Shown: piece by piece, positions 1 through 9,638 of the stretch | Layout of the letters: each line of letters begins with the position of its first letter | Numbering within the stretch: position 1 is the first letter of the stretch | NCBI GenBank assembly: GCA_965242725.1 | Contig: CBDESZ010000021.1 | Coordinates: forward strand, 62,783 to 126,782 | Direction of reading: 5' to 3' | DNA length: 64,000 nt | Source: Alkalispirochaeta sp. | GTDB lineage: Bacteria; Spirochaetota; Spirochaetia; DSM-27196; Alkalispirochaetaceae | Notes under the pieces: generated by a model | Told to the model about the DNA's origin: nothing | Databases searched by the model: none | The model's input: the letters and a program-made list of their open reading frames with translations, nothing else | Made by a program: the position numbers and the translations under genes

Positions 1-579
1 AACCGGGACAGAATCATGAGGTACGAAAAGGGAAAACTCTTCCAGATACTGAAGACGATAGCCACCCAGACCGCCGCCTGGGGGGAGCCCGATCAAATTG
101 AACCGCTCGGCAAAAATGCCCAACCGATTGTGGGCGATATCCATAAAAATACCGTTGACCGGGTCAAATATAAACTGCCAGGAAAAGACGACGGAAATGA
201 CCGGCGCCACATAGGGAAGGAGAATTATACTTCGTACCAGTCCACGGAAAGGAAAGGTCCTATTCATGGCGAGGGCGACTATCAGTCCCGTCATCGTAGT
301 ACCGACGGGTGGTCAGGACCACGTACAGAACGGTCGTCACCATTGACGACCAGAAAACATCGTCAAAAAGGATCTTCCCGGTGGTTTTCCAGACCAACAA
401 AGGTGTTGCCACCACGCATATTTACATCAAAGAAACTGAGATACACATTGTAAATGATTGGATAGAGGATGAGCCCCAGAACGACGGCAAATGCCGGAAG
501 AATTAAACGCCCATCCCAACACGCCTTCTCGCTGTCGATTGCTCAGCCGGTCACCGATACGGAATTTCAGAACGTCCAT
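1..579 (-). CDS. Carbohydrate ABC transporter permease (MalF/UgpA-like), runs off the window start; about 4 apparent +1 frameshifts
   Basis: Not in the ORF track. Manual translation from ATG 579 across frames gives MDVLKF...GWA/LILPAFAVVLGLILYPIIYNVYLSFF...FVGLEN/...ILLPYVAPVISVVFSWQFIFDPVNG.../WVAIVFSIWKSFPFSYLMILSR, typical permease segments. Lies directly downstream of the sugar-binding protein gene. Confidence 0.8.
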
Positions 580-640
580 GTATGCTCCAACGAAACGCCC
601 GGGCCAAACCCGACCCGGGCAACGCCATTTTTGAAGTGGA

Positions 641-2019
641 TTATTGGATTACTTTTCCTCATTTCCGCTTCCGCAGCAGCCATTGCCGCATCTATACGCT
701 CCCCTTCCTGGGTAATTTCGTAAAGCATACGGGGAATAATTTGCTGGGCGGTAATGGACACTCGCCGCTTCTATGCGGTTGCCTTCAACGATGCTGAAAG
801 GTTGAATGTTTTCAAGCCCGCTGATAATTTCCGCCATCTTTTCCGGGCCGTAGTATTTAAACAGTCCACTCGGATCGTTCTGAAATCTGGCATTCGTCGC
901 AATTTCACGAAGCATGGGATTCATACCGCCCGGTGCCATATGCAGAAATGTGATATACGCGTTCTGGGTGTAAAGGTACGCGATAAAGTCGGAAACCGCC
1001 TCGGTTACGGCAGGATTGCTTTGTTCAAACATCCCCAGGCCGATAATGGACCCGTAACCCGCGTCGGCTTTATGACTGACGGTAGTTGCGACTCTGGTGT
1101 TCTTTACCAGATCGGGATCAAATCCGGCGCCTTCCAGCTCGGCGAAGTTACCGCCGGTCAGGGAATCCGCCGCTGCTTCCTGAACAGCCAGGTCATCCAT
1201 GATATAGGTGGAGTAAAAGAACATTGCAAGCTTGCCCTGGAGATAATAATCCCGCGCCCTCCAGGTCTGCGGCCCCGGGGGGTTGTACTGGGCTAACTGA
1301 GCGTAATATTCCACCGCTTCTTTCATTTGAGGAGAGTTGAAGATCAAATTGCCGTCGGCATCAAAGAGTCCGGCGTTGTTTGACATTGCGATGGGCGTAA
1401 AACACTGCTCCGTATAGTTCTCGGCAGTTGTCCCCACGAGGATGCCGTATTGATTTTGATCCGGCTGGTAGAAATACTCAGCAGCGGCAAGAATGTCTTC
1501 CCATGTAGACGGTGGATTGAGCCCGGCCTCTTCAAACCAGTCGGCCCGATACCAGATACCCTGAACCCATCCATGATAAGGCAAGGCGTAATAGCCGTCC
1601 CCATCACTCGTTTCCATGACCCGTAACGCTCCCTGATAGAAGCGGTCTGTGCCAATGCGATCGGCGAGCGCTGTCGCTGCTTGGACATCCAGTATCCCCT
1701 CGGAACCGAAGGAGACGACCGTCTCGGCGTTACTTTCAAACATTCCCGGCAGGGTTCCTGCCGCTACCGCCGTCTGGACATTGGTAACCATGTCATTTTC
1801 ATCGACTCCCACCAGATTGATGGTCACATTCGGGTTCATAGCCGTATATGTGTCGATCAACACTTGAATAGTCGCCATCCGGTCGGATTGCGTCTGGGTT
1901 GTCCAAAAATCAAACCGCACAGGTTGTTGATCCTTTGCCGCCGGCTCTTGAGTACCACCTGCAAAGACCAGCCCTCCGGTCACCACAACCGCCAGAAAAA
2001 CTAAAAACAGTTTCTTCAT
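641..2019 (-). CDS. Carbohydrate ABC transporter substrate-binding protein; C-terminus affected by two apparent +1 frameshifts (about 756 and 653)
   Basis: Leader MKKLFLVFLAVVVTGGLVFAGG; SBP_bac_1-type motifs YALPY..IWYRADWFEEAGLNPPSTWEDI; GGAG RBS. The natural C-terminus (ITAQQIIPRMLYEI...DAAMAAAEAEMRK) is in the shifted ORF 567..761. Confidence 0.85.
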
Positions 2020-2122
2020 AGCCTCTCCTTTTCAAGAAATATTGGTTAATTCTTGGCGTGTTTTTCCGGCCGGTCAATCTCGATCTGGTACTAAAATGGT
2101 ACTGTCGACAACGGTATTTGTA

Positions 2123-2800
2123 CTAGTCGGTACGGACACGATTACGGTATTTCTTGTCAAGACCTGCGGTGATACCCAGTTTCATTACCGCCCGACGGTC
2201 GTGTATGCCCAGTTTCGCATATATTTTACTGATATGGTTCTTAACGGTCTGCTCGGTAATAAACATACGATCGGAAATCTGGATGTTATTCAATCCTTCG
2301 GCAAGATGCCCCAACACCTCCAACTCCCGGTCACTGAGGTTCTCGATTTTTGCCAAAGCCTGTTCATACTCTACGCCCGACTGGCGGTCCAGAAGGATCG
2401 AAAAGACCTGGGGAGACACCTGCACCGTCCCTGCCTCCATTGCGCGTATGGAATTGATTAAATCTGTCGGGGGCACATCCTTGAGAAGATAACCCGCCGC
2501 GCCGTGTTCCAATGCCTCGTGCACATACTCGTCATCGTCAAAAGTCGTAAGCATCATCACCTTCACCTGGGGATACTCACGGCAGATGAGTTTCATCGTG
2601 TCGACGCCGTTCATACCGGGCATGCGGACGTCGAGAAGAACGATGTCGGGCGTATTTTCAGCAATGCATTGCATCGCCTCTTCACCGCTGTGAGCGAGTC
2701 CCGTAACCTCAATATCTTCGGCGATAGTCTCTATCACCGTCTTGAGGCTCTCAATAAAGAGAATTTGATCATCTACCAACAATACCGTTGTTTTGCCCAT
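2123..2800 (-). CDS. NarL/LuxR-family response regulator
   Basis: Receiver motifs LLVDD, VLLDVRMP, LTTF, GYLLK; C-terminal HTH LSDRELEVL...TVKNHISKIYAKLG. Confidence 0.93.
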   Translation of the reverse strand: MGKTTVLLVDDQILFIESLKTVIETIAEDIEVTGLAHSGEEAMQCIAENTPDIVLLDVRMPGMNGVDTMKLICREYPQVKVMMLTTFDDDEYVHEALEHGAAGYLLKDVPPTDLINSIRAMEAGTVQVSPQVFSILLDRQSGVEYEQALAKIENLSDRELEVLGHLAEGLNNIQISDRMFITEQTVKNHISKIYAKLGIHDRRAVMKLGITAGLDKKYRNRVRTD

Positions 2801-4022
2801 GTGCATCCTGTATCCAGGGGATTTCGGCGTTGACCTTAAACCCGTTTGTCAGTTTTCCAAAAGACAGAGTCCCTCCGACGGACTCCAGACGTTCCCGCAT
2901 GCCCGCGATACCAATGCCTTCCACAATCGCGTTACCACCGATTCCATTATCAAACATATTTATGCGTATCGACCGGTCGGAACACCAGAACTGAATCCTG
3001 ATCTTCGTCGCCATTCCGTGTCGAAAGGCGTTGGTCAGACCTTCCTGTATAAAGCGGAAAATAACGGAATCGATCGCTTGATTCACGTAATTCGGCATGT
3101 TTCCGAATTCGACGTCGATCTCTATTCCGGTTGCACTGCTGAATGCGGTGACGAGCTCGTGGACCATATTAATACCCCGGGACTGGACTACCGACTCGTT
3201 TCTGATATGCCGGAGGGCCGTCCTTGTCTCATCCAGCCCGCGCTGCGTCTGCACTTGGGCCATTTTCAGCGTTTCATTCCTTTTTTCCGGGTCGTTGATC
3301 AACATCGCCGCTTCCAGCATGACGATCACATTGGTAAGGGCATACCCTACCGTATCATGAATTTCCCGGGATACACGCTTGCGTTCCTCCACCAGCACCT
3401 GAAGTTCCAGGTTGCGAACGTAACTTTGAAATCCAATGTTGGCGTCGGATAATCGGGTAACCACCGAATCGAGATGTATGATCCTTGACGTCCTTAGATC
3501 GAGATTGGCCGCAGCGGATGTGAGAACGTAGACTAAAACGGCAACGACGGCGACCAGGACTAATCCGGTGACCAGGGTCACCGGCTCCGCCGGCGGCACC
3601 ATAATCTGGAAGACCGAATGCTGCCCCTGAGATAGGCTGAAGAGCACGAAAAAGACAACAAGCGCGCCAAGGCGGGCAATGCCGCCCAGGTAACCGGCCG
3701 ATTCGACAATCACCGAGGCAAACAACAATAACTCGAGTTGAATGTCCCGTCCCATAGGATAGCCCACGAGAAAGACGACGGTATAGCGAGAGAGCAATAG
3801 GACGCACACTACTACTGTTGACCGGACGGTCCACAACGCGACGGAAACGATGATAGCGATCGAAAACAAAATAAAAAACTGCCAGTTAAAGAGGACCCTG
3901 ATTTGCCCGTACTCCGGCCGTATCAGGTAGAGTACGACGGCGACAAACTGCAGCAACAGGGAAACCGCGAGAAGGATACGGCGCAGGGAGACGTGGGGAT
4001 GTTGGAATACCGTGTCCGTCAT
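2769..4022 (-). CDS. Membrane sensor histidine kinase (HisKA_3/NarX type)
   Basis: About 6 TM helices; H-box ERKRVSREIHDTVG; N-box QEGLTNAFRHG; DNGIG; GIGIAGMRER. Overlaps the response regulator start. Confidence 0.92.
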   Translation of the reverse strand: MTDTVFQHPHVSLRRILLAVSLLLQFVAVVLYLIRPEYGQIRVLFNWQFFILFSIAIIVSVALWTVRSTVVVCVLLLSRYTVVFLVGYPMGRDIQLELLLFASVIVESAGYLGGIARLGALVVFFVLFSLSQGQHSVFQIMVPPAEPVTLVTGLVLVAVVAVLVYVLTSAAANLDLRTSRIIHLDSVVTRLSDANIGFQSYVRNLELQVLVEERKRVSREIHDTVGYALTNVIVMLEAAMLINDPEKRNETLKMAQVQTQRGLDETRTALRHIRNESVVQSRGINMVHELVTAFSSATGIEIDVEFGNMPNYVNQAIDSVIFRFIQEGLTNAFRHGMATKIRIQFWCSDRSIRINMFDNGIGGNAIVEGIGIAGMRERLESVGGTLSFGKLTNGFKVNAEIPWIQDAHGQNNGIVGR

Positions 4023-4098
4023 GGTGAAAAGTATTGTACAATATGATTTCGCATTGAACCCATATTTTCGTCGCGGACACGGGAAGGAGCACAAGGAG

Positions 4099-4590
4099 AT
4101 GCCGACGGTACGCCCATTTGAAACGACTGATTTTCCGGCCGTTCAGGCAATATATCAGGAAGGAATCGATACGGGAAACGCCACCTTTCAGCAGACCGTC
4201 AAGGAGTGGGAGGAATGGGACGCCTCGACGCTCTCCGCCTGCCGGCTGGTTGCAGAGCTGGACGGGAAGGTCGTCGGATGGGCCGCGCTTTCCGCCGTTT
4301 CCTCGCGCTGTGTCTACTCCGGCGTCGCGGAGGTCAGCGTCTACGTCGCCCGTTCCGTTCACGGGCGCGGCGTCGGCAGCACGCTTCTGACGGAGCTTAT
4401 TCAGGCGTCCGAGGGCGAGGGAATATGGACGCTTCAGGCGGGAATATTTCCGGAAAACGCGGCAAGCGTCGCCATCCATTTGAAGAACGGATTCCGGCAC
4501 GTCGGGGTGCGGGAAAAACTCGGCGAAATGAATGGAACTTGGCGAGACGTGCTGCTCCTGGAGCGGAGAAGCCGCGTCGTCGGTGTGTAG
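4099..4590 (+). CDS. GNAT N-acetyltransferase (YncA/Pat-like)
   Basis: IYQEGIDTGNATF, EVSVYV..HGRGVGS, IFPENAASVAIH..GFRHVG, WRDVLLLERRS; AAGGAG RBS before ATG 4099. Confidence 0.9.
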   Translation: MPTVRPFETTDFPAVQAIYQEGIDTGNATFQQTVKEWEEWDASTLSACRLVAELDGKVVGWAALSAVSSRCVYSGVAEVSVYVARSVHGRGVGSTLLTELIQASEGEGIWTLQAGIFPENAASVAIHLKNGFRHVGVREKLGEMNGTWRDVLLLERRSRVVGV

Positions 4591-4695
4591 AAACTGCACC
4601 GATAGGGGACCGACAGACGGAGCATGATCGCGCTGACACCTGCCGATACCGACCTTTCTGCAGTGAAAATAGATCCGTGGTACAGTGAAAGGGCT

Positions 4696-6534
4696 ATGCG
4701 TATACGGTCAAAACTTCTGACGGCCTTCGGCGTCGTCCTAATAATTATTGTCATAGGCGGAGGATTGAGTCTCTTTCAGGTGCGGAGTCTTTATGAAGCC
4801 GGCCGGAATCTCGGGATAATCGGGGCGCGAAATGTTGACGCCGCCATGGAAGCTAAAAACCTCCTCACTGAGGCCCACCTCTGGCTTGAGGAAGTGCTTT
4901 CCGGCGCGGAAGACCCGGGTCAAATGGCGGCGATCGAACGCCGTATTGAGGACGCCGGCTGGTATCTGTCGGCCATGCTCGAGGGTGGCACCAATGAAGA
5001 AAACACCTTTTTCGCCGTCCCGAAAGAGCAGATTGAGTTGCGTCGTGCCCTGACCGACGCGGGGCGTCAGGTGGAAGAACTTCACCAACTGGCGGTCCTT
5101 CGGTTCGAAACGGCCATTGAAACCGGTACCTTTGACCAGGATCTGGACGATCAATTCGACCGCGGCTACGAGACGTTGATAGCAACCGTGGACCGTGTCG
5201 AAGAGCTCGTGAAGGAACAAATGGTGATAAGTGAGTCGACGATGACCCGTGTCGCGATGACGGGACAACTTGCCATAGTCTTCTCCACTTTGATCGGCCT
5301 CATTGCCGCGATCATTTTGTCTCTCTTCGTATCCGGACAGTTCTCCCGGCGCATCACCATGATCGCCCATCTCTCCGAAGAGGTTGCCGCCGGCAACCTC
5401 ACGGAAACGCTGGATGTTACCGATACCGACGAGATCGGCGACATGGCAGGCAGCCTGGACAGTATCGTCACGTCCCTCGGAACGACACTGAGAGAGGTCC
5501 AGCATACGGGGAGAACCCTCAATGAAACGACCGCTGATCTCGCGTCAAATATGGAAGAGACGGCTGCTTCGGTAAGCGAAATCACCGGCCACATTGAAGG
5601 GATCAAGCAGCGTATCATCGATCAGGCGGCCAGCGTAGAGGAAAGTTCGGCATCGATAGAAGAAGTGGTGCGCAACATCGAGTCTCTGAACAACCAGATA
5701 ACCAACCAGTCGTCGGTGGTCAACGAGTCTTCCGCAGCAATCGAGGAAATGGTCGGCAACATTCAATCCATCACCCGCAACATCGGCAAGATGGAAGAAC
5801 GCTTTCAGGAGCTCCAACGCGCGGCAACGACGGGACGGGAGATGCTGAACCGGACGGACTCCACGGTACGCGAAATATCGGAGCAGTCCGAGGCGTTACT
5901 GGACACAAACAAAGTCATTTCCGGAATCGCCGCCCAAACCAACTTACTTGCCATGAATGCCGCCATTGAAGCGGCCCACGCGGGTGACGCAGGCCGCGGG
6001 TTTGCGGTGGTAGCCGGAGAAATCCGTTCTCTCGCTGAAGATACCGCACAGAAATCCCGTGACGTCGACACCTTTCTGAAAACGCTGAAACATCAAATTG
6101 AGACGATGGTCAACGCATCCGCTCAATCACAACACTCTTTTAAAGAGGTTGAGAACAGCATTACCTCCGTTGCGGCTCTCAGTACGGAAGTACGTTACAG
6201 CATGGAAGAACAATCTACCGGCAGCACACAGGTTCTCCAGGCGCTTACCCAGATCAACGGCATAACAGAAGAAGTCAAAAACGGCTCCGACGAGATGAAA
6301 ACAGGCAGTAATACCGTCCTCAACGAGATGTTGCGCCTGGCGGAGAGTTCAACGGAGGTCACAGGCAGCATCACGGAAATCCTTCATGGAATAGAGGAAA
6401 TCAACAGCGCCGTCCGCCACGTGACCGGCATATCCGATCGGAACAAGGTGCTTGCCGCCGGCCTGGAAGAACGAGTCGCCTTTTTCCGGCTCAAAGAGTC
6501 GGAATCGGATCACGACCCGGAGGCGGAGGCATAA
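4696..6534 (+). CDS. Methyl-accepting chemotaxis protein (TM-sensor-TM-HAMP-signalling)
   Basis: [48 protein letters not shown]; two TM segments. Confidence 0.93.
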   Translation: MRIRSKLLTAFGVVLIIIVIGGGLSLFQVRSLYEAGRNLGIIGARNVDAAMEAKNLLTEAHLWLEEVLSGAEDPGQMAAIERRIEDAGWYLSAMLEGGTNEENTFFAVPKEQIELRRALTDAGRQVEELHQLAVLRFETAIETGTFDQDLDDQFDRGYETLIATVDRVEELVKEQMVISESTMTRVAMTGQLAIVFSTLIGLIAAIILSLFVSGQFSRRITMIAHLSEEVAAGNLTETLDVTDTDEIGDMAGSLDSIVTSLGTTLREVQHTGRTLNETTADLASNMEETAASVSEITGHIEGIKQRIIDQAASVEESSASIEEVVRNIESLNNQITNQSSVVNESSAAIEEMVGNIQSITRNIGKMEERFQELQRAATTGREMLNRTDSTVREISEQSEALLDTNKVISGIAAQTNLLAMNAAIEAAHAGDAGRGFAVVAGEIRSLAEDTAQKSRDVDTFLKTLKHQIETMVNASAQSQHSFKEVENSITSVAALSTEVRYSMEEQSTGSTQVLQALTQINGITEEVKNGSDEMKTGSNTVLNEMLRLAESSTEVTGSITEILHGIEEINSAVRHVTGISDRNKVLAAGLEERVAFFRLKESESDHDPEAEA

Positions 6535-6563
6535 TACGTTATGTGTTTGATGACGAGCGACCG

Positions 6564-8075
6564 CTACATCGATTCAACCCGATAAAAAACCCTGATTGAG
6601 TTGCGGCCGCCCGTTGCATCCAGCCAGGTGGTGTCAAAACTTCCCGATCGCGGGAGGCCGCGCAATCCTTCATGAGAAAGATCGATATCCACGGAGCCGA
6701 ATCCAGGATACCCGTAGTCGTCATATCCGAGCTCGTCCTCGCACAGCTCGGCCTCGATTTTCAGCACCCGGGACGCATCGGCAAGGGGCACCGTGACGCG
6801 CCAGTTCAGGTTGAATGAATCTCCCTCCTCCAGCGAAAGGTAGTCGTTTTCACTCCGCATGCGCCGTATCGAGCGCTTTTCACCGTCCAGGTAGAGGCGG
6901 AAATAACCGAAGTACTCGGCGTAGTCGTCGGCAGGGTTGAAGAGACCGTCCCCCTCGTCCTCGTCGACCACCTCAATCTTCTCGATCGTTACCGCTACTT
7001 CTCCGGCTGTACCACCGGCAGAACCATCGGGCGGACCATCAGACCGGCCCGCCGTCGTGCGGATTCGACGGAGAAGATCCTCCCTGAACGCCGCAAACAT
7101 GACATCCGCATCCCGTATGAAGTCCTGGGAAAGGTAGTCTCCGTACGCGGAGGTGAGGACGGAGGAATCGACGGTGGTGAACTTGTGCCAGTACACGGCG
7201 TCAAGGAAGTTGCGGTTGGAGTAGGCAGCGGCGGTGGAGTACGTCGAGTCCGTCGGCAGGTCGAACATGCCTTCGTCGATACGCACGTCGGAGACGGCGA
7301 TACCAGGCGGAACAAATCCGGCGACGGGACCGGAAATGAGATCTCCCCACGCCCAGTAATTGACAAATTGCGCCGCCGCCGGTCGCATGGAGCCGTCACT
7401 CACAAATGAGAGTCGTTCAAACCAGTCGTCCACATAGTCGCTGATCACACGCTCTTCGGGATAGGTTGAACCGTGGCCAAAGCGTGTCCCCAGGGGTGTG
7501 CTCAGGGTGATATAGAGATCCACCTCCAGCGGATCCGCCTCTGCCGCCTCGAGGGAAAGGGCAAGGTATGTCAACACGGTGCCCCAGCTGTGGGCAACAA
7601 CGACAAGGGGCTTGCCAACCCGGTCGGCGTAGGCCTTTCGTTCCCGGAGGTATGCCCTCAGACTGTTGTCCCCCGAATCCCGGAGTATGACGCCGGTGTC
7701 GCTCGTCGCGTCACCGCTCCAGCGGAACGATTCGGTCTCATAGGAAGCGTCCAGGAGCGACCTCAGGTTGGCGGTGAGGTAGGTATCCCGCTCCTCGATG
7801 TGAACCGGGTCCACCCCCGAGAGGGAAGCGAGCTCCCCCGACAGGGTATTTGCAAAGGACAGCCCCTCCACGGCGACGATCACCGCGCCGGACGCCGTTC
7901 CGGCGGCACGTGTGTCCGCCGTGTCAGGCGCGACGGGAAGCTCACACCCCCCGGCAAGTGCAACCACAATGGCGACCAGAACGGCCGCCCCGGTGGCGGT
8001 ACCCGGAAAGGTACGTGTCGGAACGGAGCGTCCCGACGCAGCGCGTTCGGATGCCCGATACCGCGGCTCGGTCAT
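6564..8075 (-). CDS. Lipoprotein with an alpha/beta-hydrolase (lipase/esterase-like) domain and an acidic C-terminal beta-sandwich-like domain
   Basis: Lipobox LAGGC; nucleophile elbow VVVAHSWGT; YITLSTPL; NYWAWGDLISGP (candidate Asp); YWHKF (candidate His). ATG 8075 overlaps the TGA of the MACPF gene (ATGA). Confidence 0.72.
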   Translation of the reverse strand: MTEPRYRASERAASGRSVPTRTFPGTATGAAVLVAIVVALAGGCELPVAPDTADTRAAGTASGAVIVAVEGLSFANTLSGELASLSGVDPVHIEERDTYLTANLRSLLDASYETESFRWSGDATSDTGVILRDSGDNSLRAYLRERKAYADRVGKPLVVVAHSWGTVLTYLALSLEAAEADPLEVDLYITLSTPLGTRFGHGSTYPEERVISDYVDDWFERLSFVSDGSMRPAAAQFVNYWAWGDLISGPVAGFVPPGIAVSDVRIDEGMFDLPTDSTYSTAAAYSNRNFLDAVYWHKFTTVDSSVLTSAYGDYLSQDFIRDADVMFAAFREDLLRRIRTTAGRSDGPPDGSAGGTAGEVAVTIEKIEVVDEDEGDGLFNPADDYAEYFGYFRLYLDGEKRSIRRMRSENDYLSLEEGDSFNLNWRVTVPLADASRVLKIEAELCEDELGYDDYGYPGFGSVDIDLSHEGLRGLPRSGSFDTTWLDATGGRNSIRVFYRVESM

Positions 8076-9526
8076 CTGACCACCTTCACCCGGTAGGCTA
8101 CGCGTGCCTGGGTACCGCCGTTGCGGAAATAGAGGAGAAAAAGCGTCGAGCCGTTCCAACCGTCACGGATGTAGATATCCTTGCCGTCAAAACCAAGGTC
8201 GTCGTCGCCGCCGGTGTCCTCCTCCTTCAAGAAACCCCATATCCGCACGTAGGAGGTGGACTCGTCAAAGTTATTGAATGTCCCGCGTATGGTGCGATGT
8301 ATCGGTATCGTCTGTCCCGGAGAGACCGTACCATATGCGTCTGCATCATCGGCGGATATATCCCAGATGGCGTTGGGGCCGAACTCGAGTCCGCCCCCGG
8401 TGCGCCCTTCCGCACCGAGGGTACCGAAGAGTTCTTCCTCACCACCGGCATCATCTTCGCTCACCAGATAAATATCCACCAGAGTGATTTCCACGGTGAC
8501 TTTGTTGTCATTGGGAAGGTCCTGACCGTCCGCAAGCGTGTTAAAGGCGTTCTGGAGCTCCGAAGCCCGCACCGGGTCGTCTGCAAACTCCCATAGGGGA
8601 ATGAGCGCTCCCGCGACGGACTGGTTGGTCTGGGGAAAGCCGACAAAGTGACGGTTGGCATCGACACTTGCGATCCACGCGTCATATTGATCCTTGTTTG
8701 CGATATCCAGGGCCAGTTCACTGGCCCCGCCGTATACGTTGAGGCGCTGCTCCGAGTTGGCCTCAAAATGGGAGCGATCCTGGTCCGAAACGTATTCGCC
8801 GTCGGCGGAGAGCGTCCCGAAGAGGGCGTCAAAGGATGCCGAAACCATCACTGAAAGGGAGCGGCTCGTCGTTACCTGGGTCATGTCCGCCGCGCGGCTG
8901 TAATCTACCCTGCCGCCGGCGTACAACCCCCGAATGACGTGGGTGCCGTAAATGGTGAACAGATCCTCCGGGGAGAGGAACGAGTTGTTGATGTCTGTCG
9001 CCGCCCGGGGGGTGAGGTAGCGCTTCAGGTCCGACGACTGGGTAACCGCAATGGTCGCTTCAGACTTGTAGATCTGGCTTTGCACAGTGGCAAAGGAATA
9101 TTCCGCCCTCTGGGTGGTGGTGGTACTGAAATTTGTCCGCACGGAGCCGCTGAACGCCTTGATACCACCGGAGACACCCACCGATGAGGCCATGCTGTCG
9201 GAGTACTCCGAAATGGAATTCCCGGTAAACTTCACATACGCGGTGGATTCCACGTCCCGTACATCGATGTAGCCGGCGCTGTTCAACGCCCCATAATCGA
9301 GAACTGCGGCGCGTACTTCACGGGTATCCGCATAGTTGCCGAAGACGTTGTAGCCGCGCCCGAGATTCTGGTGGGGATCTATCGTTGCACTTCCTGCGCC
9401 GCCCGCTCCGGTGCCTCCGCCACCCTCAACGTCCTCCATAAACCCCGTAACCACCTCACAGGAGGTGAAAAAGGCCGCTACACACAGGGTTATCACAACC
9501 GCTCCATAGTTCGTTCTCATGTTCAT
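8072..9526 (-). CDS. MACPF (membrane attack complex/perforin) domain lipoprotein
   Basis: Lipobox FFTSC plus Gly-rich linker; LGRGYNVFG; MACPF signature YGTHVIRGLYAGG; YGG...YDAWIASV...LIPLWEF as in bacterial MACPF proteins; extra C-terminal domain. Confidence 0.88.
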   Translation of the reverse strand: MNMRTNYGAVVITLCVAAFFTSCEVVTGFMEDVEGGGGTGAGGAGSATIDPHQNLGRGYNVFGNYADTREVRAAVLDYGALNSAGYIDVRDVESTAYVKFTGNSISEYSDSMASSVGVSGGIKAFSGSVRTNFSTTTTQRAEYSFATVQSQIYKSEATIAVTQSSDLKRYLTPRAATDINNSFLSPEDLFTIYGTHVIRGLYAGGRVDYSRAADMTQVTTSRSLSVMVSASFDALFGTLSADGEYVSDQDRSHFEANSEQRLNVYGGASELALDIANKDQYDAWIASVDANRHFVGFPQTNQSVAGALIPLWEFADDPVRASELQNAFNTLADGQDLPNDNKVTVEITLVDIYLVSEDDAGGEEELFGTLGAEGRTGGGLEFGPNAIWDISADDADAYGTVSPGQTIPIHRTIRGTFNNFDESTSYVRIWGFLKEEDTGGDDDLGFDGKDIYIRDGWNGSTLFLLYFRNGGTQARVAYRVKVVR

Positions 9527-9638
9527 CCTTTTCTCCCTATTTCGTCTTCGCACGCCCGCCGGTATGCGCCGCGGCCGGCGTGAATCCGACGCGGATTATG
9601 ACTGTTATAGATACGCGCCAATGGCGGGCACGGAATGT

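Noticed and set aside
4099..4590. GNAT as a toxin-antitoxin toxin or arsenic-resistance ArsN
   Set aside because: No antitoxin or ars genes adjacent; the sequence fits the ordinary YncA/Pat family.
4620..4650. Sigma28 promoter for the MCP (GCCGATAC at 4642)
   Set aside because: No TAAA-like -35 element at the expected spacing.
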